Part shown: piece after piece, positions 12,835 through 26,439 of the stretch
How positions within the stretch are numbered: the first letter of the stretch is position 1
How the letters are laid out: each line of letters begins with the position of its first letter
DNA from: Mobula hypostoma
Lineage: Eukaryota
Length of the DNA stretch: 64,000 bases
Direction of reading: 5' to 3'
NCBI RefSeq assembly: GCF_963921235.1
Contig: NC_086108.1
Location: 98,458,001-98,522,000 of the forward strand
Program-made: the position numbers and the translations under genes
Notes under the pieces: model-generated
The model's input: the letters and a program-made list of their open reading frames with translations, nothing else
Told to the model about the DNA's origin: nothing
Database searches by the model: none

Positions 12835-13941
12835 CATTCAGTGGCCACTTTATTAGGTACACCTGTACACCTGCTTGTTAATGCAAATATCTACTCAGCC
12901 AATCATGTGGCAGCAACTCAATGCATAAAAGCATGCAGATATGGTCAACTGAATTGAATTGACTTTATTACTTCCTTCAGATACATGAGGAGTAAAAGTC
13001 TTTACGTTACGTCTCCATCTAAATATGTAATGTGCAATTTATAATAATTTGTAATAAAAAGTATATACAACAGATTCAGTTGTTCAGACCAAGTATCAGA
13101 ATGGGGAAGAAATGTGATTCAAGTGACTTTGATTGGGGAATGGCGGGACTGTCATATGTTGAAAGATTGAAGCGACTGGGATTGTATACACTGGAATTTA
13201 GAAGGATGAGAGGGGATCTGATTGAAACATATAAGATTATTAAGGGATTGGTCATGCTAGATGCAGGAAACATGTTCCCAATGTTGCGGGAGTCCAGAAC
13301 CAGAGGCCACAATTTGAGAATAAGGGGTAGGCCATTTAGAACAGAGTTGAGGAAAAACTTTTTCACCCAGAGAGTTGTGGATCTGTGGAATGCTCTGCCT
13401 CAGAAAGCAGTGGAGGCCAATTCTCTGGATGCTTTCAAGAAAGAGTTAGATAGAGCTCTTAATAATAGTGGAGTCAAGGGATATGGAGAGAAAGCAGGAA
13501 TGGGGTCCTGATTGTGGATGATCAGTCATGATCACAGTGAATGGCAGTGCTGGCTTGAAGGGCTGAATGGCCTACTCCTGCACCTATTGTCTATTGAATG
13601 ATTGTTGGTGCCAGACAGGGTGGTTTCAGTATCTCAGAAACTGCTGATCTCCTGGGATTTTCAGACACAACAGTCTCTGGAGTTTGAAGAGGATGGTGTG
13701 AAAAACAAAAAGCATCCAGTGAGCAGCAGTTCACTGGGTGAAAATGCCTTGTTAATGAGAGAGGTCAGAGGAGAATGGCCAGGCTGGTTCCACCTGACAG
13801 GAGGTCGACAGTGACTCGTATAACTCATTACAACAGTTGTGTGTGCAGAAGAGCATCTCTGAACACACAGCACGTTGAACCTTGAAACGCATGGGCTACA
13901 GCAGCAGAAGACCGTGAAATACACCCGGTGGCCACTGAGTG
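12835..13941 (+). mobile_element. Tc1/mariner internal-deletion element with nested insertions
   Basis: TIR cattcagtggccac / gtggccactgagtg, TA at the left end; remnant MGKKCD..DFD.GMIVGARQGGFSISETADLLGFS. Confidence 0.8.
13143..13595 (+). mobile_element. CR1 3' fragment nested in the Tc1 element
   Basis: Open RT C-terminus (RRMRGDLIETYKI, RTRGH, FFTQRVV); TSD gaatg (13138-13142 / 13596-13600). Confidence 0.85.
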
Positions 13942-14198
13942 CATTTTCAGAAGTACGTAATGCAATTCATGGCATGCTCTGGTTTTGTTTCCCCAAGTTA
14001 ATAAGTTTAAAGTGCAGAGCAGAGAAATATGAATAAATCTTTTAGTTATGTTAGTACATAGAATTTCCAAAGGGCTTGACACAGAGTAAATTGTGGATTT
14101 GTGGAAGGGGTGGGAGTGGCCCTACAATGAGACTGTTCATTAGAAAAGAAACTGAATTCAGGATTTAAACAAAATCTCTTAAAGTCTTTTAATCCAAT

Positions 14199-14204
14199 TT
14201 TATT
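14199..14204 (-). terminator. Candidate AATAAA poly(A) signal for LRRC8B
   Basis: AATAAA ~440 nt after the stop in non-repetitive sequence, followed by ATTAAA and U-rich tracts. Confidence 0.5.
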
Positions 14205-14642
14205 TAAAACTTTATATATTTACTTTGGAAATCTGCAATATAAGTTCCGCCCCACCCCCACCCACAGATTCCCAGACTATACAATGTGCAAATTTAAATG
14301 TCCTGCAAATGTTACAAAAAGCCAGGCAGCAGCAAACTGGTGTCACCTTATAAGGAGGATGACTGATTTACCATTACACTGCCATTTTCAGTTTCTTGAT
14401 TAATGTTCAATTCATTTCCTTCTCCCTTAGCACAATACTTCACAAAGATCGACTTATTCCCTCACGTGTCCATTTAGTGATTTTTTTTGTGGGGGAGGAG
14501 AGTATGTATGTCTCCTGGGTGCCTGGCATCTCTCACTGAAAATGCACATGGCTGCAATCCAAGGTCCTCACCAAGAATAGAAAATGGAGATTTCTTCCCA
14601 TAGCATCTGCAAGTGATGAGTCAATTTGGAAACGTGTTCTGA

Positions 14643-14915
14643 TTATACTTGGTCTTTATCACTTCCTTTCAAATGTTCTCTGACAGCAGCAGGTAATGTG
14701 TTTAACAGGATCTCTTCCACCACAAGCCCACCCTGTTTTAAGCTGCATCGGCTCAGTTCTTCAGGTAAGATCTCCAACTGGTTTCCAATAAGTTCAAGGG
14801 ACACAAGGTTCACCAGATCACCCACTGTAGGAGGTAATATTGTCAGGCTATTTCTCCCAACAAGCAAAGTCTGCAGTTTCTTGCACAGAAAAAGTCCATT
14901 TGGTAAAACTTCCAG
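14643..14915 (-). CDS. LRRC8B: LRRC8B-like terminal coding exon (90 aa + stop)
   Basis: LEVLPNGLFLCKKLQTLLVGRNSL...LELIGNQLE...LVVEEILLNTLP is the LRRC8 C-terminal LRR. Acceptor gacattcttttacag|CTG, phase 0, continues ...VSNNN from the main exon. Confidence 0.92.
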   Translation of the reverse strand: MEVLPNGLFLCKKLQTLLVGRNSLTILPPTVGDLVNLVSLELIGNQLEILPEELSRCSLKQGGLVVEEILLNTLPAAVREHLKGSDKDQV

Positions 14916-15397
14916 CTGTAAAAGAATGTCAGATTTCAAATGAGTCACAGGGTAGCCACTGTAAAACATTTACTACGTACGAAAATCAATCAAAGGCTTG
15001 CAGGTGCTGGAAATCTGAAATATAAACAAGTCAGGCAGCATCTGTAGTAAAGATAAACAAAATTGATATTTCAGTTTGGAGATTATTCATTAGAGCTGAG
15101 AAAAGGAGATAGAAAGGGTAGGTTTAAGTTGTACAGAGATAAGGTAACGGTATCACCAGTGAGCTTTTCTCCATAAGTCATCCACTTGTGATATAGGCTG
15201 ACCTTTTCTCTGTCCATTAGTATAACCTCACCTCCTGGTAATGTCCCACAGATCTGCTGTTAACAGCCACAGAAGTATAATCACTCTTTAACAGCCTGAT
15301 TAATCCCAAAAGAGCTCACCCTACTGCAGGTATTCCCCTTTTTGTCTTATCTATCCCTTCCAACATCTTCACTTCTGATGAAAGGCCTCTGACTGGA

Positions 15398-17640
15398 GCA
15401 ACACACACAAAATGCTGGAGGAACCCAGGAGGCCAGGCAGCATCTATGGAAAAGAGTAAACAGTTGATGTTTCAGGCCGAGACTCTTCATTAGGACTGGA
15501 GGAAAAGATGAGAAGCCAGAGTAAGAAAGTGGGGGGAGGGGAAGGAAGAAGTTAAAGGTAGCAGGTGATAGGTGAAACCGGGAGGTGGGAGGGGTGAAGT
15601 TGATTAGTGAAAGAGATACAAGACTGGAGAAGGGGGAATCTGATAGGAGAGGACAGAAGGCCACGGAAGAAAGGGAAGGGGCAGGAGCTCCAGAGGGAGG
15701 TGGTGGGCAGGTAGTGAGAGAGGGAAATGGGAATGGGGAATGGTGAAGGGTGAGGGGGTGTTAGTGGAAATTTGAGAATTCAATCTTCATGCCATCAGTT
15801 TGGAGACTACCTTGACAGAATATAAGGTGTTGCTCCTCCAGCCTGAGTGTGGCCTCATCACAGCAGTAGAGGAGGTCATGGACTGATATGCCAGAATGGG
15901 AATGGAAATGGGAAGTGGAATTAAAATGGGTGGTCATTGGAAGATCCCACTTTTTCTGGCAGATGGAGCATAGGTGCTCGGCGAAGTGGTCTCCCAAACT
16001 ACATTGGGTCTCACTGATATACAGGAGGCCACACCAGAAGCTCCGGATACAGTATATCACCCCAACCGACTCACAGATGAAGTATCACCTCACCTGGAAG
16101 GACTGTGAGGGGCCCTGAATGGCAGCGAGGGAGGAGGTGTAGGGGTAGCTGTAGCACTTGCTTCACTTGCAAGGATAAGTGCCAGCAGGGAGTCGGTGGT
16201 GAGGGACAGATGGACAAGAGAGTCACGTAGGGAGTGATGTCTGAGGAAACTAGAAAGCAGGGGGAGGGAAAGATGTTTTTGGTGGTGGATTCCTGTTGGA
16301 GATGGCAGAAGTTATGGAGAATTCTGTGCTGGACACGGAGGCTGGTGGGGTGGTAGGTGAGGACAAGAGAAACCCTATCCCTGGTGGGGTGGCAGGAGCA
16401 TGGGATGAGGGCAGACATGCGCAAAATGGAAGAGATGCAGTTGAGGGTGGAGGAAGGGAAGCCCCTTTCTTTGAAGAAGGAGGACATCTCCTTCATTCTG
16501 GAATGAAAAGCCTCACTCTGAGAGCAGATGCAGCAGAAACGGAGGAATTGAGAGAGGGGATGACATTTTTACATGTAACAGGGTGGGAAGAAATATCGTC
16601 CAGGAGCCTGTGACAGTCAGTGGGTTTTAAAGGATATCAGTAGATGAGCTGCCTCCAAAGATAGAGTTGGAGAGATCGAGAAAGCGGAGAGAGGAGTCGG
16701 AAATGGACCAGGTAAATTTCAGGACAGGGTGGAAGTTGGAGGCAAAGTTGATGAAGTCAACGAGCTTCACATAGGTGCAGGAAGCAGCACAAATGCAGTC
16801 ATTGGTATAGCTTAGGAAAAGTTGGGGAGTGATACCAGTGTCAGCTTGAAACACAGACTGTTTCACGTAGCCGACAAAAAGGTAGACATAGGTGGGACAC
16901 ATGCGAGTGCCCATGGCTACATCTTTTGTCTGAAGAAAGTGGGAGGAGCCGAAGGAGAAATTATTGAGAGTGAGGACCTGTTCCACCAGCTAGAGGAGAG
17001 TGGTGGTGGAGGGGAAGTGGTTGGGTCTGGTGTCCAAAAAGAAACAGAGTTTTGAGGCTTTCCCTGATGGTGGATGGAGGAGTGTAGGGACTGGACAGCC
17101 ATAGTGAAAATATGATGATCGAGGTCAGGGAACTTGAAATCATTGAAAAGATCAAGAGCATGTGAAGCATCATGGATGTAGGTAGGAAGGGACTGAACCG
17201 GGATGGATAAATCTGAGTCAAGGTTGCAGTATAAGTTCGGCAGTGCAGGAACAACCAGAAACAATGGGTTTACCTGGACAGACAGATTTATGAATCTTGG
17301 GTAGGAGATAGAAGCAGGAGGTGTGGGGTGAGAGAACTATGTGGTTGGTGGAAGTCGATGGGAGATCCCTAGATCAATAAGGTCAGTGATAGTGTGGGAG
17401 ACAATGGTCTGGTTCTCCCTAGTGGGGTCCTGTTCGAGGGTAAGAGGAGATGTCTGAGAGTTGTCACCTGGCCTCAGCAAAGTAGAGACCAGTCCGTCAG
17501 ACTTCTACAGCACCCCTCTTATCTGCAGATTTGATGGTGAGGTTAGGATTAGTGCAGAGAGAGTGGAGAGCACTGCATTCAGAAGGAGTAAGGTTGGAAT
17601 TGGAGAGAGGAATGGTGAAGTCTCTGAGTTGAACTCTGAT
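15398..17640 (-). mobile_element. Decayed Penelope retroelement (RT + GIY-YIG + terminal repeat)
   Basis: ADKRGAV, QTKDVAMGT, VLKFT, IYCI...LYISET, LRLEEQHLIF; tail with decayed hammerhead at 15461-15498. Confidence 0.85.
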
Positions 17641-17904
17641 TCTGTTCCCACAGAGAACTGACCAGATGATTGATTCCAGCATTTTATTTCACTGCATTCA
17701 TCATTCAATCATAGAATTGTTACAGCACATGACAGCAGTTGATCCATTGAGACAATCCTAGCTTCTAATATAGCAATCCCATCGTTCTAGTCCCTCTTTT
17801 ACATTATTACAATGAGACTCAGCATTAGGTTGAGCAACAACACGTCATCATCCACCAAGTTTATCACAGTCTTTCAGACTGTGTTCTTTCAGTTCCTTCT
17901 ATAG

Positions 17905-18660
17905 ATGCACAGTGGAGATAATCCTGACAGGTTGCATCATAGCCTTGTATTGAAACACCATTGCCCAGGAACCGAAAAGCCTAGAGAAAGTGGTGGCTAC
18001 AGCCCAGTCTATCACAGGAAAAGCCCTCCCCACCGCTGAGCACATCTACAAGAAGCGCTGCAGCAAGAAGGCATCATCAATCTCCAAAGACCCCCACCAT
18101 CCAGGCCACACTCTTTTCTCACTACTACCATTTGGCAGGAGGTACAAGAGTCATAGCTCCCACACTACCAGGTTCAGGAACAGCTATAATCCTGGAAAAA
18201 TCCAGCATGGATAACTTCACTCACCTGATCACGGAACTGATTCCACAACCTATAGACGCACTTCCAAGGATTCAACAACTCATGCTCTGGGGACAATTTA
18301 CAATGACCAAGTAACCTACCCGGTATGTCTCTGGACTGTGGAAGGAAACCAGAGCACCTGGGGTAAAACCACCCATTCCATGGGAGGACATGCAGATTCC
18401 TTCCAGATGGCACCAGAACTGAACTCTGAAATCCAACGCCTGGAGCTGTAATAATGTCGCACTAACTGTTATGCTATATATATTACTTTGCACACTTTTC
18501 TTCTTGTGCCCATTAATTGTTAGTTTTTATTTATGCATTGTTTTTCATAAACTCTATTGTATTTCTTTATTTTCCTGTAAATGCCTGCAAGAAAACGTAT
18601 CTCAAAGTAGTATCTGGTACTGTGTATGGTACATACGTTGATAATACATTGACTTTGACC
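17905..18660 (+). mobile_element. Rex-Babar-type LINE 3' fragment with nested SINE
   Basis: AQSITG..LP, KDPHHPGH.LFSLLP.GRRY, TTRFRNSY motifs. Similar pieces occur near 19035-19740(-), 21325-21660, 47045-47610, 56065-56690(-) and 62130-62510(-). Confidence 0.75.
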
Positions 18661-21600
18661 CTTTGTCAGAAATGGAAAGAAAGAGAAAACAAGTTAGATG
18701 GAGGAGAAGCTGGAGAGGAATGGATAGGACAAAGGAAATACACGGTACCTGATGATGGGACTAAGACGTTGATGAAGTAAGATTAGTAATGAAAGTCAAT
18801 GGAAGATACAGTAATGATACTGTCCTTTCACCTCATCCCTTCCACCATCCAGTGACCCAAGCAATCCTTCCAGATGCAACAGTGATTCACTTGCAATTCT
18901 GATGCACTGTACTCAGAGTTCAGAATATTTTCCAAGTGCAAATTGAGTGATGGCATAGCACTTGCATTCAATACCCAGAGCTGCCTTAGCTTCCTGCTGG
19001 CTGTTCCTTTAATTCTCCGTCCCACCCCCCTCTGAATCAGGACAATAACCAGGTTTATTATCACTGTCTTAGATGATGTGTGTTCTGTTGTTTTGCTACA
19101 GCAGTACAGTGCAGATATAAAATTACTGTACATGGCAAACTAAATAAATAGTTAGAAAAGTAAGTAACTAGGTAGAGTTCATGGGCTGGTGGACCATTCA
19201 GAAATCTAATGACGGAGGGGAAGAAACTGTTCCTCAGCTGTCGAGTGTGTGCCTTCAGGCTCCTGTTGCTCCTCCCCAATGGTAGTAACGCAAAGAGGGG
19301 ACATCCTGGATGGTGAGGATTTTTAATGATGATGCCACCTTCTTGAGGCACCAGCTCTTGAAGTTCCCATGACGTCAGGGAGGGTTGTGTCCATGATGGA
19401 ACACGTTGAGTCTAGAACCCTCTTGCGATCCTGTGCGTTGAAGGCTCTGATGCCACCAGCCAGGATGCTCTCCACCATACATTAATAGGAACTTGCAAGC
19501 GTTTTTGATGACATACCAAATCTCCACAAATTCCTAACAAATTACAGATGCTGGCATGCCTTCTTCATGATTGCATTGATGTGTTGGGCCTGGGATGGAT
19601 CCTTGGAGATGTTGACACCCAGAAACTTAAAGCAGCTTACCCTTTCCATTGTGGACTCTTCAATGAGGACTGATGTGTGTTCTCCCAACTTCACCTTCCT
19701 GAAGTCCACAGTCATTTCCTTTGTCTTGCAAACATTGTGTGTGAGGGGTTCTCCCTCATTAGCCCTGTTTCTCTTTTCACAGATACAGTGTGACCTGCTG
19801 AGTGGTCCAGCATTTAACTCAGATTTCCAGCAGCTGCAGTTTATAATTTCCATGTGTCAATCTAAACCAGTTGGTGAAATCCTTCATCACTGAAACCATC
19901 TTTTCTGGACCCTCCATTAGACCATTAGACGATGAGACAAAACAGCAGAATTAGGTCATTCTGCCCATCGAGTCTGTTCTAGCATTCCATCATGGCTGAT
20001 TTATTATCCCTCTCAACCCCATTCTCAGGTCTTCTCCCTGTAACCTTTGATGCCCTTACTGATCAAGAACCTATCAGCCTTGTGAAGGTGGCCTCCGCAA
20101 CCTTCTGTGGCAATGAATTCCCCTCTGGCTAAAGAAATTCCTCTTCATCTCTGTCCTAAAGGGTCACCTCTCTATTCTGAGACTGTTCTCTCTGTTTCTA
20201 GACTCCTCTAATTATAGGAAACACCTTCTCCATGTCCACTCTATCTAGGTGTTTCAATATTTGATAAATTTCAATGAGATCCCCCTCATTCTTCTAATAT
20301 CCAGAATTATATCCTTCCTGTGAAATGCATTGTAATTTCTTACCGAGGCTTATTTACCTAGTCTACTCTTCACAGCGACCAGGGCTCACTAATGGTAGTG
20401 GGAGGTTTATTTGGGGCAATTATGAAGTGTCAGTCACGTGGTTGGGTTTTATCTTGGATGGTGTCTAGATTCTTGAGAGGTTGTTGAGCCTCCACTCGTC
20501 CAGGCAGCTGGTGGTTAGGGTATCACTTTCCTAACGAGCTTTGCAGATGGTGCAAAAGCTTTGCGATGACAGGAAGTCGGCCATAGGATTCCCAGCTTCT
20601 TGACCTGCCCTTTCAAAGGGAGAGAGAGTGTGAAATAGGGGATGTAAGAGAAGGGGAGAGGAGGAGAGGGGGAGAGGGGCGGGGGGGAGAGAGAGAGAGA
20701 GAGCGAGAAGGAATCAGACAGGGACAGGGAGAGGGAGAGAATGAACCTTAGATACGGAGAGAGAAGGAAGGAGAGGGAGAGACAGAATCTTAGATTTGGA
20801 GAGAGAGAACAGGAAGGAGAGAGAGTGAAAGACAGACTGAATTGATTGTAAAGATAGAGAGTGAGAGGGATGAAAAATGGAATTTCAACAAGTGTGTGGA
20901 ATAACATCCACGCTGGTGTACTGTATTGAAATATATCACTCTCTGGGCATACACTTGGCTGAGCAAATCATCAGCTCATAGAGTGGAACAGCAAAGAATG
21001 AGGCCTTTTGGCCCATTTTTTCTGTGCCCGCTGTTTAATTACTGCCACCTCCCTGAGTCCCTGCTCACGTTTCACTTGGAACCAGGCAGCAACTGTAGTA
21101 GAGGGAATCAGATTTAATATCACTGGCATGTTTCCTAAAGTTTGTTGCTTTGTGGTGGCAGTACATTGCAATACATTAAAAAAACTATAAATGACAATGA
21201 AATATATCTGTATACATTAAAAAATTAAATAAGCAGTGTGAAAAGAGAGCAAAAAGTAGTGAGGTAGTATCCATAGGCTGGTTCATTGTACTTAGAAAAA
21301 TCTGAAAGCAGAGGGGAGGAATCTGCAGCCTCTGTCATCAGGGACCCCCACCACCCAGGACATGCTCTCTTCTCACTGCTGCCATCAGGAAGAAGGTACA
21401 AGAGCCTCAGGATTCACACCATCAGGTTCAGGAACAATTACTACCCCTCAACCTTCAGCCTCTTGAACCAAAGGGGATAACCTCACTCAATTTCACTTTC
21501 AGGGAACCTTCATCTCATGTTGTCAATATTTATTGCTTATTTATTTATTATTATTATTTTCTGTTTTATATTTGCACAGTTTGTTGCCTTCTGCACTCTG

Positions 21601-21934
21601 ATTGAATGTCCTAGTTGGGTGTCTTTCATTGATTCTGTTATGATTATTCTATCATCCCATAGATTCATTGACTATGGCCATTGAGTATTTCTGTTTAGTA
21701 CTATTTATTTTAACTTAACTATTTAATGAACTGTACATATATAACTATTGTAATTCAGTTTTTTCTATATTTATCATGTACTGCTGCTGAAAAGTTAACA
21801 AATTTCATGACACATGCCTGTGATTATGATCCTGAAAAAATTGAATCACAGGGTTGTAATGGTGACATACAGTATATGTACTTTGAGTATAAAATTTACT
21901 TCAAACTTTGAAGAAGCTATCCTGAAAACATTGA

Positions 21935-22024
21935 CGAAGGGTCTCGGCCTGAAACGTCGACTGTACCTCTTCCTAGAGATGCTGCCTGGCCTGCTGCGTT
22001 CACCAGCAAATTTGATGTGTGTTG
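21935..22024 (+). mobile_element. 90-bp Penelope terminal stub with 13-bp TSD
   Basis: ctgaaaacattga at 21922-21934 and 22025-22037; inserted in a Rex-type fragment. Confidence 0.85.
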
Positions 22025-23546
22025 CTGAAAACATTGAGTGTGTGTCTTCAGGCTCCTGTACCTCCTCCCTGATGGTTGCAGCAGAAGGCCAATCCACATT
22101 GTTGTTATTTTCCCAGGCAGCAAATTGCAAATCCATTACCGTAGTTTTTGCAAATATCTTTTTCCTGCAGTGACTGCCACACCAGAGAGATCAGTGATAG
22201 AGGCTTCTCTCTGATGTGCTTTCATGGAAAACCAATCTTGTTTTAAGAAATGAGAGTTGAGAAATTTCCTCTGTACGTTGTATGAAAGGTCAAATATTAG
22301 CAAAGAGATTTTTTATGTTTCACTATGAGTTAATTTTAAAACTATTGAATCAATTATAACTTTAGAGTCCTGTGGAATCTCTATTTTGAACCATCTCCAA
22401 GAAGTTCTGGCAAGAAGCTAAGATACAGACATGAACCAAAGGGAAAACTTCAGTGTAGCTTGTTGTTTACCATTTCCAAGGCCTCGTGGGATAGTCGTTC
22501 CCATCTCTCAACAAACTGCAACAAAAGATCCCAAGAAACCTGAACTAAAACTCAGGAAGCTGGAGTCCAGGCATTCACTAAACAAGTTCCTGGCAACTTA
22601 TAATGGTACAGAACCAGAGGGGCATTCCAGAAAATAGATACGAGTGCTTGCAAAGAGAAATATGCTTGCTGAGAATAATAGCAGGAAATGATGATAAAAG
22701 TCAATGCATCAGCCCCGTTAAGCACTTTGTGCCACATTGTTTTGTCAGCAGTCAGCTCTTAGATGCTTTGTTCCCATACCACCAGGTACAAGAACAGTTA
22801 TTAACCAAAAACCATCAGGTTCCTGAACCAACGTGGAATACTTCACCCACCTCAACACTGAACTGATTCCACAACCTACAAACTAACTTTCAGGACTCTC
22901 CAATTTGTTCTCAGTATTATTTATCTAACTATCTATTTATTTATGTATTTGTACATTTTGTCTTCTTTTGCACATTGGCTGTTTGTCATTTTTTGTTTGT
23001 ATGTAGTTTTTCTTTGATTCTATTGTACTTTTTTGTTCTAGTGAATGCCTGCAAGAAAATGAATCTCAGGGTAGTATATTGTAACATAGACATACATTGA
23101 TAATAAACTTACTTTGAAATATGAACTTTGAACTAGTGTTTTCCTGGTTATTGTTCTAGGACACATAGCAACAAATTTCATGATACCTGCAGGAGATATT
23201 GAACCTGATTCTGATAGTTGGAGATTCAATCTCTGCTGCCTTTCCAATGAAAAAGAACATTTGTCACTGTGAAGTTCCTTTAAGAAGGCAGAGGTTCCCA
23301 ACGTCAAATATTCAAGACTCAAGATCGTTAATATATTGTCATTCTTCAGTATGTGAGTGTAAAAGAGCATGTAATGATTGTTACTCTAGATCCGATGCAG
23401 AATTATAAAAACACAATTATCATAAAGAACACAATAAAAAACAAAACAAACACAATACATTTAAATATAAAACTAATCCTATAAAACACGATGTACAAGT
23501 AACTGTTTGAGTGTGGCCATATATACGTACGTAAGATTAGCTTATA

Positions 23547-23936
23547 CGGTACTGTGCAAATGTCTTAAGTGCAGATAAAATAAAGATGCTTTCAAAAATA
23601 ATGAATTGAAAAATTTGTAAATATCAAGAAAATGACTGAAAAGCAGTAAACAGTTAAAAACTAAATCAAATCAATATCTGGTGTGACCATCCTTTGCCTT
23701 TAAAACTGCATCAATTCTCTTAGGTACATTGTCGAGCAGTTTTATAAGAAAATCGGCTGGTAGGTTGTTCCAAGCACCTTGGAGCATTTACCACAGGTCT
23801 GCACGCTTTGGCTGTCTCGCTTGCTGCTGTCTCTCCAGGTAGTCCCAGACAGCCTCAATGATGTTGAGATCAGGGCTCTGTGGAGGCCAGACCATCTGAA
23901 ACTATATTAACAAAATAGGACTTTTGCACAGTACCT
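23547..23936. mobile_element. Tc1-like non-autonomous element
   Basis: TA + cggtactgtgcaaatgtc ... gacttttgcacagtac TIRs. Confidence 0.7.
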
Positions 23937-24695
23937 CACGTAGACTGATTGGATGTACATAAAGTGACACCAGGTGCAGGAGCAAGTTGACTGTGACAGG
24001 AAGCGATAAAGTGACTAAAGAAACTATTCTCGGTTGCAGCAGGACAGATGAAAAGAGAGCAGGACGGTGACTGTGTCAGTGTAGGTATGGGGTGTGGAGG
24101 GTAAGTGTGAAGTGACAGTGCATGGGAAAGCTGAAGGGTGCTGAGAGCCTGTGGAGAAGAGTGGCTGATGTGCATGTAGTGGGAATTGTGGGATGGACTG
24201 AATGGCCTAGTTCTGCTCCTATGTCTGATGGTCCTGTGATGTATTTGGATTTGGTCCCTTAGTCCCCAGAGTCTACACTGGATGCAACACAGGCAACTTC
24301 ATCCCCAGCAGAGATTATTTGTTCTACTTGAGCACGTTAGACTTTTTCACCAAATTCATTTTGCTTCTGAAACTTGCATGAACTTTATATATCTGATGTA
24401 AGAACATAAATACACTTATTTTGCTTGTAATTGCCTTCTTTCTGAAGAGTCCCGTGGTGATGTCTGTGACTCATGTAAAGAATGTGTGAGTCACTGGGTT
24501 CCTAGACACCCATGAAATCCATTGCAGAATTTGCAGACTTGTGAAAAGGGTGTAGTCAAAATGTATTAATTTATTGACAAACTTTTTACAAAAGATTGTT
24601 GCACCCTGGAGAGCAGTTAGTCACATGGCACAATCCTTAAATGTTCCATAGCATTAAAGTAATAATTATCATCATTCACAATCAGTATTCTCATG

Positions 24696-24890
24696 TTGTT
24701 CTTCGGTCATTTAGGACTCGACATGACCTCATGGACCATAGGGTCCATAGGGTTTTCGTGGTAAGATACGGAAGTAGGTTGCCAGGCCTTCCTTCCGCAC
24801 AGATACTGCTGTTGCCCAGGTTGGGACCTGGCTGGGTCTGAACCATCTGCCCTGAAGTCCAGTGCTGATGTCACTACACCACCAGCCGGC
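24696..24890 (-). mobile_element. tRNA-headed SINE with RTE-type tail
   Basis: Head gccggctggtggtgtagtg (A box-like); tail ccctatggtccatgaggtc...gac. Confidence 0.55.
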
Positions 24891-26439
24891 ATTCTCAATC
24901 ATGTGTTTTCAACCTTAGACCCCAAGGAGATCTGAGGGGGAGATTTTTGCACAGGGACTGGTCAAGAAAGGCATAGGCAAATGTTCAATCCTTTTCTCAT
25001 CAAGACTTCCACTGGTGTATACACTGTGACACTGTGCAGGGTTATTTTGTACTTAGAAAGAAATTAGCCGACTGATATTTCGTTTAGTTTAGGTTCGAAT
25101 TTCTCTTCAGAGTTTGGCTTCCCTTGTTGTTCTTTGCATTATAACTCATTTCTCATGGAATCACAGAGTCACAGAACACTACAGCACAGAAACAGGCCCT
25201 TCAGCCCCTCTAGTCCATGCCAAACTATTATCTTTCCTAGTCCCATTGTCCTGCTCCTGGACCATAGCCTCTAAACACCTCCCATGCATTTACTTATCCA
25301 AATTTCTCTTAAATGTTCAAATCACACCTGCATCCACTACTTCCATCGGCAGTTTATCCCACACTCTTACTGCCCTCTGAGTGAAGAAGTTCCCCTTAAA
25401 CATTTCACCTTTCACCCTTAACCCATGACCTCTAGTTCTAGTCTCACCCAACCTCAGTGGAAAAAGCCTGTTTGCATTTATCCCATCTACAGTATACCAC
25501 TCATGACTTTGTATACCTCTATGGGGTCTCCCCTCATTCTCCTACACTCCAGGGAATGAAGTCTTATACTACTCAACCTTGCCCTATAACTCAGGTCCTC
25601 AAGTCCGGCAAGATCCTTGTAAGAGTTCTCTGCATTCTTTCAATCTTATTGATATCTTTCCTATAGGTAGGTTACCAAAGCTGCACACAATACTCCAAAC
25701 TAGGCCTCACCAACATCTTATACAGCTTCAACATAACATCCCATCTCTTGTACTCAGTACTTTGATATATGAAGGTCAAAATCTGATTGAATATTTGATT
25801 CTAAAGTTGATTTGAGTGCTTATTTTTTAATTTGCACAGCATTGTGCTTGCCCCTTGAGGGTCTAAGGAATAATGGATTACCTTTGCCCATCATCTCTCA
25901 AGTGATTTATCATTACACCCACACTGCAGTTTAATCCAGACGTTAAATTACAAATCATGCAAATTATTGTAATGAAGGAGGGCTTGGAATTGGAATTGAT
26001 TTATTATTGCCTCATGTATTGAGACGCAGGGGAAAGCTTGTCTTGCATACTGTTCGTATAGATTAGTGCACTGACCGAACAAGGTAAAACAATAACAATG
26101 CTGAATAAAGTGTAACAGCCACAGAGAAAGTGCAGTGCAGGTAAACAATAAGATGCAAGATCATAATGAAGTAGATCGTGAGGTCAAGAATGCAATTTAT
26201 CTTACTAGAGGTTATATGTGATTTCACCAACTCCTCTGGAAGTGCATTTCAGGTATCAGCCACTTCCAGTGTAAAAATTACCCCTCAATCCTTTTTAAAA
26301 CCCCCTACTCACATCTTAAACCTATTCCCTCTTGTTTCTGATACTCATTCTACGAGAAAATGTTTCTGGGTATTGACTCTGTCTGTGCCTCTTATAATTA
26401 CCCATGTGCTAGATGTTGAAGGGGGTGAGTTACTATCAC

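Noticed and set aside
14916..14969. N-terminal MFYSGYPVTHLKSDILLQ of the 108-aa ORF as a separate small gene
   Set aside because: Intronic sequence upstream of the tacag acceptor.
20620..20870. Hydrophobic Leu/Ser ORF suggesting a membrane protein
   Set aside because: Translation of a degenerate GA-rich microsatellite; the same applies to ORFs over Penelope pyrimidine tracts.
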